Assembly: GCA_965652295.1 (NCBI GenBank)
Contig: CBFGTS010000002.1
Location: 1-64,000, forward strand
DNA from: an uncultured Haloferula sp.
GTDB taxonomy: Bacteria; Verrucomicrobiota; Verrucomicrobiia; Verrucomicrobiales; Akkermansiaceae
Direction: 5' to 3'
Length of the DNA stretch: 64,000 bases
A model generated the notes under the pieces. It was not told the origin of the DNA. It worked only from the letters and a program-made list of their open reading frames with translations, and made no database searches. Of the stretch, positions 61,455 through 64,000 are shown piece by piece; the stretch's first letter is position 1; every line of letters starts with the position of its first letter. The position numbers and the translations under genes were made by a program.

Positions 61455-63800
61455 ATGTCCGATCCATCTCAGAACCGAAATCCCCAGGGTCCCGGCCCCC
61501 GCGGCCCGAACAATGTCCCGGGATTCAACTGGCGTCTCGCGATCTTTCTCGGCCTCGCCCTGCTGGCCCTTGGCATCGCGTTTTTCTCCAACGATGTCGC
61601 AAGCAAGCCGAGCCAACTCAGCTTCAACGAATTCCACAAGAAGTGGGATCAGGGACTCATCATCACCGACGATGCCCAGAAGCGCCTCACCATTGAGACC
61701 GCCGACGGCAGCGCCAATGCCCGCGTGCTCGGCTGGTACCGCGATGAGCCGGATCTGGAGAAAATCGAGACCAAGATCGAGTCGTTCCAGATCTCCTTCG
61801 GTCGCCGTACCGCGCAAGAGCAACAGGTGATTGAGGCGCTCGGCGAGCATCTGCCGCAGCGCCAGCACGTGGAGGATCTCCCGGCTTCGATCTCCACCGA
61901 GGAAATCTACACGCTCTCCGATTTCCGCGGAGCCATGGCAAACGGCTACGTCATCACCGACGACCCGAACCGCCCGCTGACCCTGCATTCGACCGACTAC
62001 GACGCCGTCCTCACCGGCTTCTCGCGCGTCCCGGCCGGCTCGCTGCCCGCCCCGAAGCCGGAAGAGCTGCACCGCTTCGTCGTCCAGACCTCGCTCATGG
62101 TCCAGTCGGACGAAATCAGCCGCCTGCTCGCCACCACCGATGCGAAGTACGTCAACGACGCCGGCATGTTCGGTCGCATCGTCCTGACCTTCCTTCCGGT
62201 GCTGCTGATCATCCTGCTGCTGTTTTTCCTCTTCCGTCAGCAAATGAAAGCGGCCGGCCGCGGTGCCATGTCCTTCGGGAAATCGAAGGCCCGGCTGCTG
62301 ACGCGCGATCACAACAAGGTCACCTTCAAGGACGTCGCCGGCATTCAGGAAGCGAAGGAAGAACTCTGGGAGATCGTCGATTTCCTCCGCGATCCCCGCA
62401 AGTTCCAGAAGCTCGGCGGCTCGATCCCCAAGGGCGTGCTGATGGTCGGCGCACCCGGCACCGGCAAAACCCTCCTCGCCCGCGCCATCGCTGGTGAGGC
62501 GGACGTTCCGTTCTTCTCCATCTCCGGTTCCGACTTCGTGGAAATGTTCGTCGGCGTCGGTGCCTCACGCGTCCGCGACATGTTCGAGCAAGGCAAGAAG
62601 CACGCGCCCTGCCTGATCTTCATCGATGAGATCGACGCCGTCGGCCGCCACCGCGGTCACGGCCTCGGCGGCGGACACGATGAGCGCGAGCAGACGCTCA
62701 ACCAGCTTCTCGTCGAGATGGATGGTTTCGACACCCAGGAGGGGATCATCATCATCGCCGCGACCAACCGGCCCGACGTGCTCGACCCCGCCCTGCTGCG
62801 CCCCGGCCGTTTCGACCGCCAGGTCACCGTTTCCCTGCCCGATGTGAAGGGCCGCGAGCAGATTCTCGGCGTCCATGCCAAGAAGATCAAACTCTCGCCT
62901 GCCACCGACCTCGGCGTGATCGCCCGTGGCACGCCCGGTTTCTCCGGTGCCGAGCTGGCGAACCTGATCAACGAGGCCGCCCTGCTGGCCGCCCGCAAGG
63001 GGCTCAACGCCGTCACCCTCGCCGAGCTTGAGGAAGCGCGCGACAAGGTCCGTTGGGGCCGCGAACGCCGCAGCATGGCGCTCAGTGAAAAGGAGAAGAC
63101 GACCACCGCTTACCACGAGGCGGGTCATGCGCTGCTGCTGGCCACGTTGGAGCATGTCGATCCGCTCCACAAGGTCACCATCATCCCGCGGGGACCGTAC
63201 CTCGGTGCCGCCTTCCACCTCCCGAAGGAAGACAAGTATCACTTCCACAAACGCCAGGGGATCGAGCAACTCATCGTCACCATGGGTGGCCGCGTGGCCG
63301 AAGAGATCACTTTCGGCGACGTGACCAGCGGTGCCTCCGGCGACATCCGCCAGGCGACCCGCCTCGCCCGCCAGATGGTCTGCGAGTGGGGCATGAGTGA
63401 CGAACTCGGCATGGTCGAGTATGGCGAGCATGAAAGCGAGGTCTTCCTTGCCCGCGACATGACCCGCTCCCGTAACTACTCCGAGGCCACTGCCCAGAAG
63501 ATCGATGCGGAGATCCGCCGCGTCATCGACCGCGCCTACACCGAGGCCAAGCGCTTCCTGCTCGAGAAACGCGACAAGCTGGAACTCATCGCCCAGGCCT
63601 TGCTTGAGTATGAAACGCTCGACGCCCACCACATCTTCGACCTCCTGGAGTATGGTGAAATGAAGGATCCGCCGAACTCGCCGAAGCCGCCGTCGCTGCC
63701 GGACGAGCCGCCGAAGAAGAAGTCCGAGCCCCGCACCGGCACTCCTGAAGAGGACGATGATGGTCCGCTTCCCGGCACCGTCGCCGGTGCCCCGGCCTGA
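61455..63800 (+). CDS. ftsH: ATP-dependent zinc metalloprotease FtsH
   Basis: Two TMs; [40 protein letters not shown]. Confidence 0.97.
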   Translation: MSDPSQNRNPQGPGPRGPNNVPGFNWRLAIFLGLALLALGIAFFSNDVASKPSQLSFNEFHKKWDQGLIITDDAQKRLTIETADGSANARVLGWYRDEPDLEKIETKIESFQISFGRRTAQEQQVIEALGEHLPQRQHVEDLPASISTEEIYTLSDFRGAMANGYVITDDPNRPLTLHSTDYDAVLTGFSRVPAGSLPAPKPEELHRFVVQTSLMVQSDEISRLLATTDAKYVNDAGMFGRIVLTFLPVLLIILLLFFLFRQQMKAAGRGAMSFGKSKARLLTRDHNKVTFKDVAGIQEAKEELWEIVDFLRDPRKFQKLGGSIPKGVLMVGAPGTGKTLLARAIAGEADVPFFSISGSDFVEMFVGVGASRVRDMFEQGKKHAPCLIFIDEIDAVGRHRGHGLGGGHDEREQTLNQLLVEMDGFDTQEGIIIIAATNRPDVLDPALLRPGRFDRQVTVSLPDVKGREQILGVHAKKIKLSPATDLGVIARGTPGFSGAELANLINEAALLAARKGLNAVTLAELEEARDKVRWGRERRSMALSEKEKTTTAYHEAGHALLLATLEHVDPLHKVTIIPRGPYLGAAFHLPKEDKYHFHKRQGIEQLIVTMGGRVAEEITFGDVTSGASGDIRQATRLARQMVCEWGMSDELGMVEYGEHESEVFLARDMTRSRNYSEATAQKIDAEIRRVIDRAYTEAKRFLLEKRDKLELIAQALLEYETLDAHHIFDLLEYGEMKDPPNSPKPPSLPDEPPKKKSEPRTGTPEEDDDGPLPGTVAGAPA

Positions 63801-63825
63801 TCGCTCCAAGATCCGGATTTGATTC

Positions 63826-63860
63826 ACCGCTCCGTCCCGCAAGGGCCGGAGCGGTTTTTT
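63826..63860 (+). terminator. Rho-independent terminator after ftsH
   Basis: ACCGCTCCG-loop-CGGAGCGGT followed by a T-run. Confidence 0.85.
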
Positions 63861-64000
63861 GACCCGCTCCGGATCTCCGTGAAAGAAATTGCGGTTTCAG
63901 ATGCCTGGCTGATGGGATATGCCCGCGAGGCCGCGAACGTCGGCGATCTTTGCTTTCATCATGACGTCATTGCCTCGATTCGCCGCGCTCGCCATCTTTC

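Noticed and set aside
63897..64000. 3' end of a minus-strand gene at the window edge
   Set aside because: Only ~33 open codons with no motif; cannot be called.

Overview
High-GC bacterial chromosome segment, most likely Verrucomicrobiota (Luteolibacter/Haloferula-like, judged from gene style: PTPDL-type protein, ECF-sigma/Ser-Thr kinase pair, LamG-GH128 protein). It has three parts. (1) 1-3174 is the tail of a decaying defence locus: a GHKL-ATPase/HEPN-like gene split by an IS30 element (GAG target duplication visible), then an internally deleted type I hsdM carrying in-frame palindromic inserts. (2) A housekeeping backbone (yebC, lipB, ruvC, DEAD helicase, ECF+STPK, cysJIHK, dnaB, 2-oxoacid dehydrogenase E1a/E1b/E2, hisH/hisB, ftsH) with several GTRG-type REP hairpins in its left part. 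(3) A ~20 kb, less GC-biased island (30815-50773) abutting the 3' end of tmRNA (ssrA). It carries fic, a start-less parA with an RHH partner, a truncated integrase-like fragment and a complete eight-gene operon matching MADS (Methylation-Associated Defence System, mad1-8). MADS is a described system, so the novelty is its occurrence and variant features here. A DnaA-box cluster between ssrA and hisH is a candidate replication origin. All calls come from reading motifs by eye; no database searches were run.
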